DNA of 63,594 nucleotides, the filler included, from Octopus bimaculoides (lineage: Eukaryota): the NCBI RefSeq assembly GCF_001194135.2. It is 6 parts of 6 records of this genome, joined end to end, with 100 filler letters (N's around TTAATTAATTAA, not from the genome) between each part and the next. Parts side by side here need not be neighbours in the genome. Positions count along the whole stretch, not along the records: positions 12,461 to 40,152 come from NC_069005.1; 5 more parts are not named here. The stretch is one strand, 5' to 3'. Shown piece after piece: positions 12,417-25,090 of this stretch; the first letter of the stretch is position 1; every line of letters begins with the position of its first letter. The notes under the pieces are model-generated. The model was not told the origin of the DNA and did no database searches. It was given only the letters and a program-made list of their open reading frames with translations. Both the position numbers and the translations under genes were made by a program.

Positions 12417-12460
12417 NNNNNNNNNNNNNNNNNNNNNNNNNNNNNNNNNNNNNNNNNNNN

Positions 12461-12508
<48 letters not shown>

Positions 12509-13173
12509 GAATATATATATATACATATATATATATATTTGATACATACACACATATAAAGACACGCGCACACAACTATAAAATGCATATATAAATATTT
12601 GTATATATGTGTGTTTCTTAAATGGCTCATAAACACCTTCCACGTGGCATCTGTCTTCGTTCCAGCACACAATCTCAGATCAGGTCGCTTGCTATGCAAG
12701 TACCTCTCCGTATATATATATATATATATACACACATACACATACACAGACACACACATAATACGCATTTATGTGTGCGTATGTTTGTGTGTGTGTTTGT
12801 GTTTGCGTGTGCACCTTCCCGAGCCTGCACCTATGTGACTGTGTTTACGTCAAAAAAATTCCATTACTCTTTACTGACGAGATTATTTAGTTGATAATAG
12901 CATTGCTGTCAGAGATGGGAATTATTAACGTTGCCAAATATGAGGTCATCAATCACTTTCGAATAAGTCAATTAATTGCGATCCATCTAAATCTCGAAGA
13001 CCTGTGACAAATGGCAAAGATGATAAATTATAAAGTTGAATTTCGCTTTTACAATTATATCCAGGAAAAATCATTCTTTACATTAGAATATAAAACATAC
13101 TTGGTAGTGTTGTAATTGCTGCAGTTATCAATGTTGTGAAAGCGAGTTTCACAGAGAAAAAGAGGGAGAGCGA

Positions 13174-13217
<44 letters not shown>

Positions 13218-13293
13218 TGAGAGAGTAGTGCCAGTCCAAAAACTGGGCTATGCGATATGCGAGATTGACCTCGGTGGAAATTCAGAACGCACG

Positions 13294-13366
<73 letters not shown>

Positions 13367-13490
13367 ATGTTTGTCTGTATGTCTATCTGTATGTGTGTAT
13401 GTCTGTCTGTATGTCTATCTGTATGACTGTCTGTCTGTTTGCCTGCCTGTCAATTTATCGATCTATCTGTGTATGTATGTGTATATACAT

Positions 13491-13688
13491 TTGTGTAGTT
13501 GGTTATTCCCAGATTACTTCTCAGCATGGAGACTTACAATCAAATGCAGTCCAGCCATGACCATTCAGTCTAAAACAAGAAATGTAATTCACTTGAATAA
13601 TGTAATCATGAGGATTTTAAAAAGGGGAAATTTTACGGGTGTAATAACTAGGAATATATGGCTGAAAATTCCACATTTCTACACTCAC
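13491..13688 (-). repeat. Left arm of a ~200-bp inverted repeat (partner 14454-14654)
   Basis: 'ttacttctcagcatggagacttacaatcaaatg..cagtccagcc..ttttacgggt..ggaatatatggctgaaaa' aligns with the reverse complement of 14454-14654 at roughly 75-80% by eye. Confidence 0.85.
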
Positions 13689-13730
13689 ATACTCACATAC
13701 AGTTGTGTATATAAATGCATACCCATATAA

Positions 13731-13774
<44 letters not shown>

Positions 13775-14453
13775 NNNNNNNNNNNNNNNNNNNNNNNNNN
13801 NNNNNNNNNNNNNNNNNNNNNNNNNNNNNNNNNNNNNNNNNNNNNNNNNNNNNNNNNNNNNNNNNNNNNNNNNNNNNNNNNNNNNNNNNNNNNNNNNNNN
13901 NNNNNNNNNNNNNNNNNNNNNNNNNNNNNNNNNNNNNNNNNNNNNNNNNNNNNNNNNNNNNNNNNNNNNNNNNNNNNNNNNNNNNNNNNNNNNNNNNNNN
14001 NNNNNNNNNNNNNNNNNNNNNNNNNNNNNNNNNNNNNNNNNNNNNNNNNNNNNNNNNNNNNNNNNNNNNNNNNNNNNNNNNNNNNNNNNNNNNNNNNNNN
14101 NNNNNNNNNNNNNNNNNNNNNNNNNNNNNNNNNNNNNNNNNNNNNNNNNNNNNNNNNNNNNNNNNNNNNNNNNNNNNNNNNNNNNNNNNNNNNNNNNNNN
14201 NNNNNNNNNNNNNNNNNNNNNNNNNNNNNNNNNNNNNNNNNNNNNNNNNNNNNNNNNNNNNNNNNNNNNNNNNNNNNNNNNNNNNNNNNNNNNNNNNNNN
14301 NNNNNNNNNNNNNNNNNNNNNNNNNNNNNNNNNNNNNNNNNNNNNNNNNNNNNNNNNNNNNNNNNNNNNNNNNNNNNNNNNNNNNATATATGTATGTATG
14401 TTTTTATGTATGTATGTATGTTTGTATGTATGTATGTATGTATGTATATGGGT

Positions 14454-14654
14454 GTGAATTTAGTAGGGTTTTTTCAGCCACATATTCCATGTGATAATAC
14501 CCGTAACATTGCCCCTTCTTAAAATACTCACGATTACATGATTAAGATGAATTATTTCTCTTCTTCTTATAGATTGAATGTTCACGGCTGGACTGTGACC
14601 ATTTGGTTGTGAGTCTCCATGCTGAGAAGTAACCTGGAACTAAACAACCACAAC
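14454..14654 (+). repeat. Right arm of the ~200-bp inverted repeat
   Basis: Reverse complement of 13491-13688; the spacer is (TA)n, an N-gap and (TATG)n. Confidence 0.85.
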
Positions 14655-15537
14655 AATAACAACAACTGCTGAAGTCGGCAAACTGGTGCTCCCGCCGGCA
14701 TCTATCTCTTCTACAGATTACAACAGTGAGATAATTGGGCCCTGCCCACACAGAAGGCCCGTTTTGATACTATATTGGATCCCTAGAGTTTTCCTTGTTA
14801 AGCGTGCATAACAAAATGTTTAGTGGCATTTCTTCACAAACTTTGTGTTCTGAGCTCAAAACGCACCGGAGTCAAGTTTACCCCACATCCCTTCGAGGTC
14901 GATAAAATAATTATCAGTTAAATACTAAAACTTATGGCCTTGTGCCATAGTTTATAATGCAAACTTAACACTGCATGATTTCATGTTAGGGAAACTTGGC
15001 TACCATTTGAAGTAAATCAACCGAAGCTCTCCTATCCTTTCATTTCTTTGTGTCTGGCATTGGTAACTATTCATTACCAATGTTTGCGTTACAAGATACG
15101 AATCACAATAAATGCCAGACAGCTTTAGTTAATACTCATTTTCAAGTAGTTTAAAAAAACTTATTTTACAGTATTTATTCAAATATTTTAAAGTTTCGCC
15201 AAGTGAGATAACGACATAATCGTTAAAGAAAAGGATATTAAATCGGAATTGGAATTGGACTAGCTCAAAAAACTCAATTCCCTGGAAGAATATCATGACT
15301 GTATGTCATTTTCTTTGTATAACAATTTCTGAAGAAATAATGGGGCTAATTATATAAAAGGGGAAGTTATGTCTCGGTAACTTTAATGTAGCGTGCAAAG
15401 AAACTATAATTACTACGTAAACTCCTGAGTCTGAAAATTGGCCATGTAGTTATGACGATCGTTTCGAAATAGCAAATGAATAAACACAAATAAGTAAAGG
15501 TGCAGAAATTATTATTATTATTATTATTATTATCATT

Positions 15538-15945
15538 CAGGCAGCGAGTTAGTAAAATGTTTAGCACGCTGGGGAATATGCTTAGCGGCATTCTGGATTT
15601 CAAATTGTGCCTAGGCCCAGTTTGCTTTACATCTTTTGGTGGGGTCGATGAAATAAGTACCAGTCGAGCACTCGGATCAATGTAACCGACTCAACTCCTC
15701 CCCCGAAATTGCTGGCCTTGTGCCAAAATTTGAAATCATTATTATTAAGGCGGTGATCCACCAGATTCGTTAATACACAATGCAAGATGTTTAGTCAGCC
15801 TTTAGGTTTTGAGGTAAAATTCCACCGAGGCCGACTTTGTCTTTTATCATTTAGGTGGCGATAGAATAAGTACCAACTGCACACTGGAGTCGTTGTATTG
15901 ATTTAACTACTCCCCGGAAAATGCTGGTGAGCCAAAATTTGAAAC
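15538..15945 (+). mobile_element. Two tandem SINE copies ('ggcagcgagttag...gtcgatgaaataagtaccag...ccttgtgcc' family)
   Basis: Two head-to-tail diverged copies, each followed by an ATT-rich tail. Confidence 0.75.
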
Positions 15946-16953
15946 CTGTATTATTACTGTTAAATTGAAACCGTTATTGTACCTTTAGCGCATTGTCAGA
16001 AAAAGGATACGATTTTTGTGTATACGTGTGTATACACGTGTGTTTATCAGTATTTTTAAAGTGTTTCAGTCATTGGACTGCAGCTATCCCGTGGCACCGC
16101 CTTGAAGGGTTTAGTCGACTGTAAATCTGGCACTTATTCCATATGTCACTTTTGCCAAACCGCTACGTTAGAAACAAGCAAAGAAACTGAAAACTGTTGC
16201 CAAACAGCAGTGGGAAACAAATACTGCACACACAGACTCACGGACTTACAAACACACACAGCATGGCCGTACTCTAATGACTGAAACAATTTAAAGATAA
16301 AGCATATCAGATTCGTTTTCATTTCATTAGATGTTTCTCTCGTCTTGCGGTGGATGTTTCATAATAGTTTTCTAGTTGCAGAAATCACTATCGCATTATG
16401 TCTACTTACAATCAGAATACCTACTAACAAGCCATACTATCGCTATCATTACATATTTCTTTCTTTACATCTTTTGTTTTCTTTTCTGAGGTAGTCTTTC
16501 AACAATCTCGCAATAAATTACTAAAACTTTCAAGTGCTTAGCCATACTTCCATTACTCGCCTTCTTACTTACTGCTTTCAAGATATATATTTATTAGGCT
16601 CGACTTTTTAAAAATATTCTACTTATGTTTTTCAACAACCCTTTTTATATAATGATATAGAAATCTAACCAAGCTCTGTGATCATCCAGTTACGATCAAT
16701 GTTACTTACTATTGGTTTTACAAACTGCTTAACTGGCTTGGTTTCATTTGCAATTTTGTATTCTCTATTTGTTTCGTTTCTAATAATTTTCCTGCTTATT
16801 TATTTATTTATTTATTTATTTTGGTTCATTTATTGCCTTTTCTAACTTAGTATACTTCTAACTGCTAGTAATGTTTGCTATATTATTTTAAAATCACTTT
16901 GCTTTGCATTTTTAAAAACATAACTCATATTTTGATCATATATTCTCAGATAG

Positions 16954-17481
16954 AATGTGTCCGCAAAAAAGAAAAGAAAAGAAAAGAAAGGAACGAACGA
17001 AACTGACTGGTGGGATGTTGACGGCTACAATTCGACAGAATACGTGTATTTGTTTAGCGGTGATCTGAGACTTAGTAACTACAACGAGGACAGCAACGAT
17101 AACGATGCCAGAACAAAACAACAAAGAAATCATCACCATCATATCATTATTACCATCACCATCACCATCGTCATCATCATATCATCATTATTACCATCAC
17201 CATCGTCATCATCATCATCATCATCATCACTAATAATAGCAACAGCAATAAGAACTAAACTGATAAATTTGAGGAGTGATAACCAAGAAAAAACACTAAT
17301 TGGCGAGTGGTGCTTTGTTTCCTCTCAGCACTATATAGAGAACAGTAGCAAGAAAATACTTGTGAGAGACACGTGTTTCGTAGCTATTTTTATGGCTTTC
17401 TCTTCAACCAGGTATAAAACTAGCATTCTTCCATTCAGTCCTTTTTTCACTTTTTTTGAAAATCCATACGGAATTTCATAA
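16954..17481 (+). CDS. Candidate exon/ORF of unknown function (175 open codons after a 'ttctcagatag' acceptor)
   Basis: NVSAKKKRKEKKGTNETDWWDVDGYNSTEYVYLFSGDL...; partly inflated by a (CAT)n repeat; no recognisable domain. Confidence 0.2.
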   Translation, partial: NVSAKKKRKEKKGTNETDWWDVDGYNSTEYVYLFSGDLRLSNYNEDSNDNDARTKQQRNHHHHIIITITITIVIIISSLLPSPSSSSSSSSSLIIATAIRTKLINLRSDNQEKTLIGEWCFVSSQHYIENSSKKILVRDTCFVAIFMAFSSTRYKTSILPFSPFFTFFENPYGIS

Positions 17482-17924
17482 ATCTTGCTGACATTTTGAC
17501 GTTTAGTTCCTTGTTTAATGTTCTCAAAGCACTTGGTTTTCTTATTCATGCTTCCAGAGGGATCCTCATTATCACGAATGGTTTTTAGTCTCTATGTATT
17601 CATATGAACTCTCTGTGCTTTTTTGCTTATTTTTTTTCGAACAAATACACCACACTTAGCTCCATGCATTTGGCAAAAACGCTCCCAGAGTTATGTTAGT
17701 GTTAGTGATGCTGGGGATATTAGTGGTGTTAGCGGGAGATGTGGTGGCTCTGTTGTTGATGTTGTTGTTGATGGTGGTGTTGTTCTTGTTGTCAGTGATG
17801 GTAGTAAATTTATACTTATGGTAATCGCATGGTTAATGTTTGAGGATTGTTCTTGTTGTTGTTATCGATGCTGTTTGCTACTAGCTGGTCTGGTAGCCAC
17901 CTCCGTTGTTTTTTCCTAACATAA

Positions 17925-18355
17925 AACGTGGCCAGGAACTAGAATAACTTGCGTGTTGGACAAGATGCTCAGCTGCATTTTCCCGCCTCTTTACGTTCTC
18001 AGTTCAAATGCCACTGAGGTCGACTTTTCATCCTCCCGGGGGCGATAAAATGATTACTAGTTAACGACTGCTGTCGATGTAATTGAATTTCTCTCCCTTC
18101 AAAATTCCTGCCCTTGTGCTCAGAACTACAAAACATTAAGTCTACGAGCAGGTGGACTCGTTAGCACACCGGACAAAATGCTTTGCCGCATTTCTTCCGG
18201 TTCTCTACGTACTGGGTTCAAATTCTGTAGAGGTCGAATTTGCTTTCATGATTTCGGTATTGATAAACTAAGCACCAGTCAAATACTGGTGTCGATGTAG
18301 ATGACTTGCCTATCTCCACGAAATTGCTGGCCTTACAAACAAAAATTACAAAAAA
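17925..18355 (+). mobile_element. Two tandem SINE copies (same family as 15538-15945)
   Basis: 'gagttcaaatgccactgaggtcgacttttcatcc' and 'gggttcaaattctgtagaggtcgaatttgctttcat' cores. Confidence 0.75.
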
Positions 18356-19819
18356 TATTTCCCTTCCTAACCGAGTGGTGAAAATAGGGGGCGGTCTTAA
18401 TAATGGTATTGTTGTTTTTACTGTTAACGCTGGACATGTGTTCTTATCGTAAAGGTGTCGCTAGAGTGTATTTTGTCGTTGTTATGTTTTTGATGAACTC
18501 TGAACCATGCGTGAGTTACTTACTATTTGTGATAGTTAAGCAGGTTACTTCCCGCTCATCTTTTTCGTAGTAAACTTAGACTTAGGTCTCTCATAAGGTA
18601 TAGGATTCATAAAGCAGAAAGCAAAAACTTTCTATGAAGTATAAATGACTAGAATTATAACACTCATTTCGCACTGAACAGGACGCCTGTCCGTCACAGA
18701 GCAAATTTCTCAGCTATTGTTTGATCACATTTTATAGTCGAGTGAATTGGAGTAACATGAAATGAAATGTTTCTCTCAATGACATAAGGCACCTTTTAGT
18801 CCGGGAATCGAAACCACGTTCTTACGACCGTGAATGCAATATCGTATCTACTAAGAAACGTGCTTTCACGAGTGACAGAGAGAGAGAGAGAGAGAGAAAA
18901 AGAGAGAGAGGGAGAGAGAGAGAGAGGGGGGAAGAGAGAGAGAGAGAGGAAGAAAGAAAAAAAAGGGTGAGAGTGACTGAAAGAGATGAAGCAACCACGG
19001 TATTCCATTTTTTTAATATACCGAAACCGAAAAGATAAACGAGGAAGGGGACCACAGTATGATTTGAACTCGCAAGGCGGGCTCTACTACTGCTAGCAAA
19101 CGTTAAACAATGTTCTTATAATTCTGCCAAAATTCCGCCTTCCTTTGAGTTACTTTTAGCCACAGGACTATATGCAAAACATATATATGTTGAGGTTGCT
19201 GCTATCTGATTTCACTATTCTTTCATACTATCTCCCTACATTTCTCCTCCGCTCTAACTCGTCCTGGTGTCACAACTTCAAAGTAGGTGGCACACGTTCA
19301 AGAATCCCCCACCCGCCCACACACACATTAGCACAAGAAACTATTTACATGGAAGAAATATATTTGATTGTAACCAGTGCTACTTTTTTATTGATGCAGG
19401 GTGAATAAACGATGATATCAATCACGAAGAAATAGTATTGATTTCTAATATTGGTACCACATACGCTTTTCTAATACACATATATGTATTCGATTAAAAC
19501 AAACCCAACTGCATTAAACCGATACCTATACATTTTGTATATTGGATCGATACAAAATGATTGAAATGCAAATTTGATTTCAGTATGCAGAATTTCAGCG
19601 CAGAACGTAAGAGGTATTTGGAAGGTATTTGGTACGAACATTGGAAAGTTGCTACTAGTAAGGCTTATAATTATGTATCAGTAATAACACCAATTCATAT
19701 TATTTCAAGGAAAGATAAGAGCAGGCATAGCTGTGAGTTTGAGTAGCTCACCTTGCAAATACGTGGCGTCAGTTCAGTTTCAATGCCCGGCATTTTAGAC
19801 ACTTAATGTCTACTATTAT

Positions 19820-20150
19820 AATTAAAGAACTCAGGAATGAAGTAATCAGAAAATCAAGTGTGCAGTACAGTTTAGAAGAATGGGGAAAACAAACTGTACC
19901 TGAAGAATTGACACAAAGGGTGAGAGGGTTAAAAGCCAAAAGGAATAGATATGATGCTGGATCTAATGCTGTTGAATAAAATATATATTTTCTATCAAAT
20001 ATAAGGCGTCTGTCTGAGGAAATAAGTGGGGAACAACGTCAGCAAATGATTCCTGATGCAGAAGAAAGTAAAGAGAACTTTGGGACAGTCTAGCAGGACA
20101 TTAAGAAAGTGCAGAGGGGCTAACACAGTTGGAGAAAAAACTTGCAATTG
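19820..20150 (+). pseudogene. Degenerate R4/Dong-like LINE fragment (region N-terminal to RT)
   Basis: EELTQRVRGLKAKRNRY (from 19902) and IPDAEESKE (from 20049) resemble the 'EELKQR...IKRY...PDAEESKxFW' stretch of R4-clade ORFs. Confidence 0.6.
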
Positions 20151-20211
20151 TACCAAGACAAAATGAATCGCTAGGCACGGAGAAAGAGCTAATTACTGCA
20201 ACAACTGAACA

Positions 20212-20725
20212 GAAATGGCCTTCGCTCTAAAAATAGTGGGAATTCAGCCTCAAAGATTCCCCACGTGCTGGCCGACCTGTTCCTTTGAATGTGGATCAAT
20301 TGAACGAGGTCACGCATGAGGATCCAAACTATCTAAGCGGTGACACGGAATGCTTCTTCAACCTTACGTCGCTGATTTGACTAAAACTGCCTCTTAAGAG
20401 CTCGGTCGTGAGGTTCTGCCGCTTTCCCCGTATTCTCTTGATACAGCGCCTTCAGATTACTACCGGTCTCTGTGGCTTTCCAACGGTCTGTGAAGTGTAT
20501 CATTCAATAACTAATAACTCAAGCCGAAAACGTGGCTTAATGAATTCTTCGAATCAAGATCCGTTGATTTCCACTGTGAAGGTATTGACAAGGTAATAGG
20601 ACGTCGGTATTAAGTTGTGAATAATCAACGAAGATATATTATTGACAGATTTGTTGAAATTGTCGATGAAAAATGAGGTTTAAAATAAGTTGGGAGCAAA
20701 ACGAAAGACTTTATCTGATAACTGA
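20212..20725 (+). mobile_element. Internally deleted, degenerate mariner transposase relic
   Basis: ELGREVLPLSPYSLDTAPSDYY (20398-20463), matching the mariner 'HPPYSPDLAPSDY' motif, then KTWLNEFFES...EGIDK...VVNNQ; upstream SPRAGRP-like HTH linker. Confidence 0.8.
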
Positions 20726-21253
20726 ACAGATACCTATGAACATATAGATAATGGTGACACAGTTACCTGATTAATTTTATTAGCAGGTCCCATAGAGCTG
20801 TTTGGAACTGAAGAGAAACGTAAAGTCATATATGTCAGCCACTCTGTAGATACAAAGGTTTCTTTTAAGATTATGAAGACGGAATATTTTCTACATCAGT
20901 TTGCAACCTTACACTTTCTTTATCCAGATAATGAATTCGCATTAATATTCACCGTTGCTGCTGAATATGTTAGTATCGCAATATCAAAGTTTAACGTACT
21001 CAGGTGTATAATCTTACCAATTAATAGGAAGTTTTTCAATATAATCAATACAGAGCAAAGAAAAAACATGGGAAATTATTCCAAAGCACAACAGGTAATA
21101 TTTCACGTTTTTGTTATCCTTATTTCAGCAACAGAAATGTCTCAGAATGTAACATCTTATGAAAAGAATTAAAAAATACTTACAGAAACAGAATATATAT
21201 ATGAGTGTGTGTGTGTATGTATGTTTGTATTTATGTATGTGTATATATATATA

Positions 21254-21668
21254 TAGATACATACATATATAAATACGCACAAATATGCACATACTTTCTC
21301 ATTACAATAAGCAATACAACCCACTTCCTTATAGATTGTGGCTGTTTTAGATGGCTGGATTATATACATACACACGTTAATATACATATATATGTATGAG
21401 TGTGCGTACGTGCGTGCGTGTGTGNNNNNNNNNNNNNNNNNNNNNNNNNNNNNNNNNNNNNNNNNNNNNNNNNNNNNNNNNNNNNNNNNNNNNNNNNNNN
21501 NNNNNNNNNNNNNNNNNNNNNNNNNNNNNNNNNNNNNNNNNNNNNNNNNNNNNNNNNNNNNNNNNNNNNNNNNNNNNNNNNNNNNNNNNNNNNNNNNNNN
21601 NNNNNNNNNNNNNNNNNNNNNNNNNNNNNNNNNNNNNNNNNNNNNNNNNNNNNNNNNNNNNNNNNNNN

Positions 21669-21706
<38 letters not shown>

Positions 21707-21951
21707 TACATATATATATGCATGTATATATGTATATACGTATATATAAATATATATATATGTGGGTGTATATATATATATAGATACATACATATATAAA
21801 TACGCACAAATATGCACATACTTTCTCATTACAATAAGCAATACAACCCACTTCCTTATAGATTGTGGCTGTTTTAGATGGCTGGATTATATACATACAC
21901 ACGTTAATATACATATATATGTATGAGTGTGCGTACGTGCGTGCGTGTGTG
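21254..21951. other. Identical ~170-bp direct duplication across an N-gap (21254-21424 = 21781-21951), probable assembly overlap artefact
   Basis: Base-identical by eye on both sides of the gap. Confidence 0.7.
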
Positions 21952-23124
21952 TGTGAGTGTGTATGTATATATGTGTGTGTGTATATTTATGGAATCCATA
22001 AACACATATATAAATTATCCAAGGGTACATTTTCCCCTCTGAAGATATGCTCAGGTCATAAGATTTAATATTTCATTAATTGACTACGGATTAAGTGAAA
22101 GAGCTGTAAGGGATGATGATTGATTTGTTATTATTAATTAACGATTATTAACTTCCCAGTCTCCATTTTCTTTCTCCTTCTTATATATGTGTGTGTGCGT
22201 GCGTTTGTATATATGTATGTATATGTGTGTGCTTACATGTCTGCGTATATGTGTTTGTTTCGTGGCTGTTTATGTGTTTGCTTGCGTTTCAGTAACATAG
22301 CGGTTCGGCAAAAGATACCAATTAAATAAAAACCAAGATTTAAAAATATATAAGTTCGGGGGTCGCTTCCTCCGACTGAAATTCTGCCAAATGGTACCCA
22401 AGCATGGTTCGCAGTCTATTGGTTGAAATAAGTAAAAAATAAAAGATACACACACACACATTATATATACATACATACACACATACTCACACACTCACAA
22501 ATATATATGTATATGTGTATGTGTGTGTGTGTGTGTATGTGTGTGCGTATACACACACGCAGCAAACATTAACGGAAGAGTAGAATATTAAAAATGAACA
22601 ACAAAAACGTCAGAAATGTCTAGATAGTATGCGACCATGATTAGTCATGTCAGTTGATCTAAAATGAAAGAAACTTCACGCTAGAGATGTTTGCCTAACG
22701 AGAATCCAATTACGTCTCAGTCGCCTTAAGCAACCTTACAGATGTGTAGTTAATTAAAACTTAGGCATACACACTTACAACCTATATGTTCATCAAACGC
22801 GTCCACAAATTCACACATATTCATATTGTGGTTTAAACGTGAAGACTCTAATGCGTACATAGACACGAAGATACACAGACGTATCCAAATATAGGTTGTT
22901 ACAAACATTAAAAATACATTAGTTTATACCTGTTGGTTTTCAGTCTGGTGTCGTAAAAATTACTGCATAAGTATGATCACTTTAACAGGGCATGTATAGA
23001 CAAATGACAACCTAATACGCGCACGCACAATGATATACATGTGTGGCCTCTGTATGTGGATACACACACACATACACACACATACACACACACACATATA
23101 TATATATATTTCTATAGTGAGAGA

Positions 23125-23159
<35 letters not shown>

Positions 23160-23167
23160 TGATAGAT

Positions 23168-23219
<52 letters not shown>

Positions 23220-23599
23220 TTGGGTTACCACCTGCTAGTATGCCGATTGTAGCACGTTCCCTGTCTGCGGCTACCTGATGTCATCAACAGTGTGCCAATA
23301 CATTTACTTCAAGAATTTCCTCCGTATCCGTCGAGTGTACAATACAGAAAGACAAGTAGTATTTACGAGATTCTTTTTAATCACAACAATCGTTTTTACT
23401 CATCTTGCACCAATCTCTCCCGGATGAGATTCTGGACAACTGGTTGTAGTTTATCATTCGGTGTAGATGCCTTATCAGATGACTTCTCAAGAGCTACCTC
23501 GCTCAATAAAGTTGGTTTTGCTTGGTTCGATGATAATGCATTTTACTATTTGCATATAGCTTGTTGTATACAAGGTTGCCTGAATCTCTATGTGTACGC

Positions 23600-24386
23600 G
23601 AGAGGAGAAAACAAGTGTCCAAATGAAATAACTTGGGGAAAGTGTTTCACAGTGAGTAGCTCAGATAAACGAGGGTATTGCCTCAGATGAATTTTGGTTA
23701 TGGTTGGAGAATGGTGATTGAGTAAAGCAGCGGAAGAGCTCATTATAGCTGCTCAAAGTTTGTCATTAGGTATGCTTGTGATTACAACTAAGTGTTAAGT
23801 GGAAAATGTGTATCGGAAAAATGAGTCCGATGTGTACATAAGAAGCACTTGTAGTCTTTTGGCACAGAAAAAATACAAATGCAGATTTAAGTATTATTCT
23901 ACGACACAATACGCCAAGGATGTTTTGAAGTAATCGGTAATCGTAGGAAAGCCATGAGGAGTGTGCGACACAGAATTATCAGTTTAAGGTCTAATGAGAT
24001 TTTACTGTACAACCTGGCCATATATTTTAAGCAAGACGAGCAAATATTATCATCCTAGCCAAGGTGATAAAAGAGTGTACGTTACCATAGATACGGCTGT
24101 CTGATGATATGAATATTGCGAATAACGGAGGAGAAACAAAAATAAGAAAATACCAAGATATAGCAAGATAAATTTGAAGGCAGTGGCGGGGTTGTGTAAA
24201 AGTAAACTCAGTAGTTATAGTTATCCTTGGTACCGATACTAAAAGACTTGGGAGTATCCTTATTGTTTCTATTGTTCTATTAGGAACAGCAAGGATTGTT
24301 CTAAAGGATCTCAATATCTGCGGACACTATATGTGACGTCGCATCAACGATGTTGATTCCGAGTGTAAAACATGAGTACATAGCTC

Positions 24387-24441
<55 letters not shown>
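23600..24441 (+). mobile_element. Old R4/Dong-like LINE 3' fragment with (AAT)n tail
   Basis: DEFWLWLENG, AAEELIIAAQ (23727-23756), KNESDVYIRSTCSLLAQKKYKCR, ARRANIIIL, KIRKYQDIAR, LGTARIVLK (from 24280); tail 24387-24441. Confidence 0.8.
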
Positions 24442-24442
<1 letters not shown>

Positions 24443-24619
24443 TCATTTATTTGCCACAAGGGTGAATGATGAGGAGGACAATACAGAGACAAACATAAAG
24501 TTTGGGGGTTTACAAATAATAATGAAATTATAGAAAAGTATACACGGTATACACTGGAAAAGAGGGGACATATGCATAGCATACAGAGGTACAAAAAAGG
24601 GGTTATACAGATGTGGCCC

Positions 24620-24960
24620 TCCTGATACAGGAACGACTCTAGGGATAATCGAGGAACCCCACTGTCCGAGATTTCCCTGAAACTCTACGAGCAAGCGCCC
24701 TCTCCAATTCATTCTCTCCGACTCACACGTCTACACTTAGAGAGGTACCATCCACTCTTGCCATTTTCGCAATATTGTTTCCCTCGTGTGAGGAAAACAA
24801 TATCTTTCCAAATGCCCTTCAAGCATTTTTCTAATTGGATGTGTGGCGCATTGAAGATTTTCTTCATCTTGAGCGACATATCATACCAACATTACTTTTT
24901 CTGACCTATCAGAGGTAAGACGATTTTATTGTTCACTCGAATTTTGCTCTATCATGCTTG
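24620..24960 (-). pseudogene. Highly degenerate RTE-like LINE RT C-terminal fragment
   Basis: KNA*RAFGKI (cf. 'R..AW.AFG.L') and TCES (cf. 'YGCETW') on the minus strand. Confidence 0.4.
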
Positions 24961-25059
24961 TATCAATTTTGTGATTATTCCATGGCACAGGAGTAATTTT
25001 GACTTGTATTTTTAGTAATGCAGGCGCTCACGTAGTACACTTGTGTATGTATGTATATA

Positions 25060-25090
<31 letters not shown>

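Noticed and set aside
17660-17915. Minus-strand mucin-like exon after 'ttttatgttag|' acceptor
   Set aside because: Stops occur in all three frames; at best UTR or non-coding.
21254-21951. Biological tandem duplication
   Set aside because: Perfect identity across a gap points to unmerged contig overlap.
23292-23690. 132-aa + strand ORF as a host gene
   Set aside because: GTG start, no recognisable domain, and its 3' part overlaps the decayed R4-like LINE.
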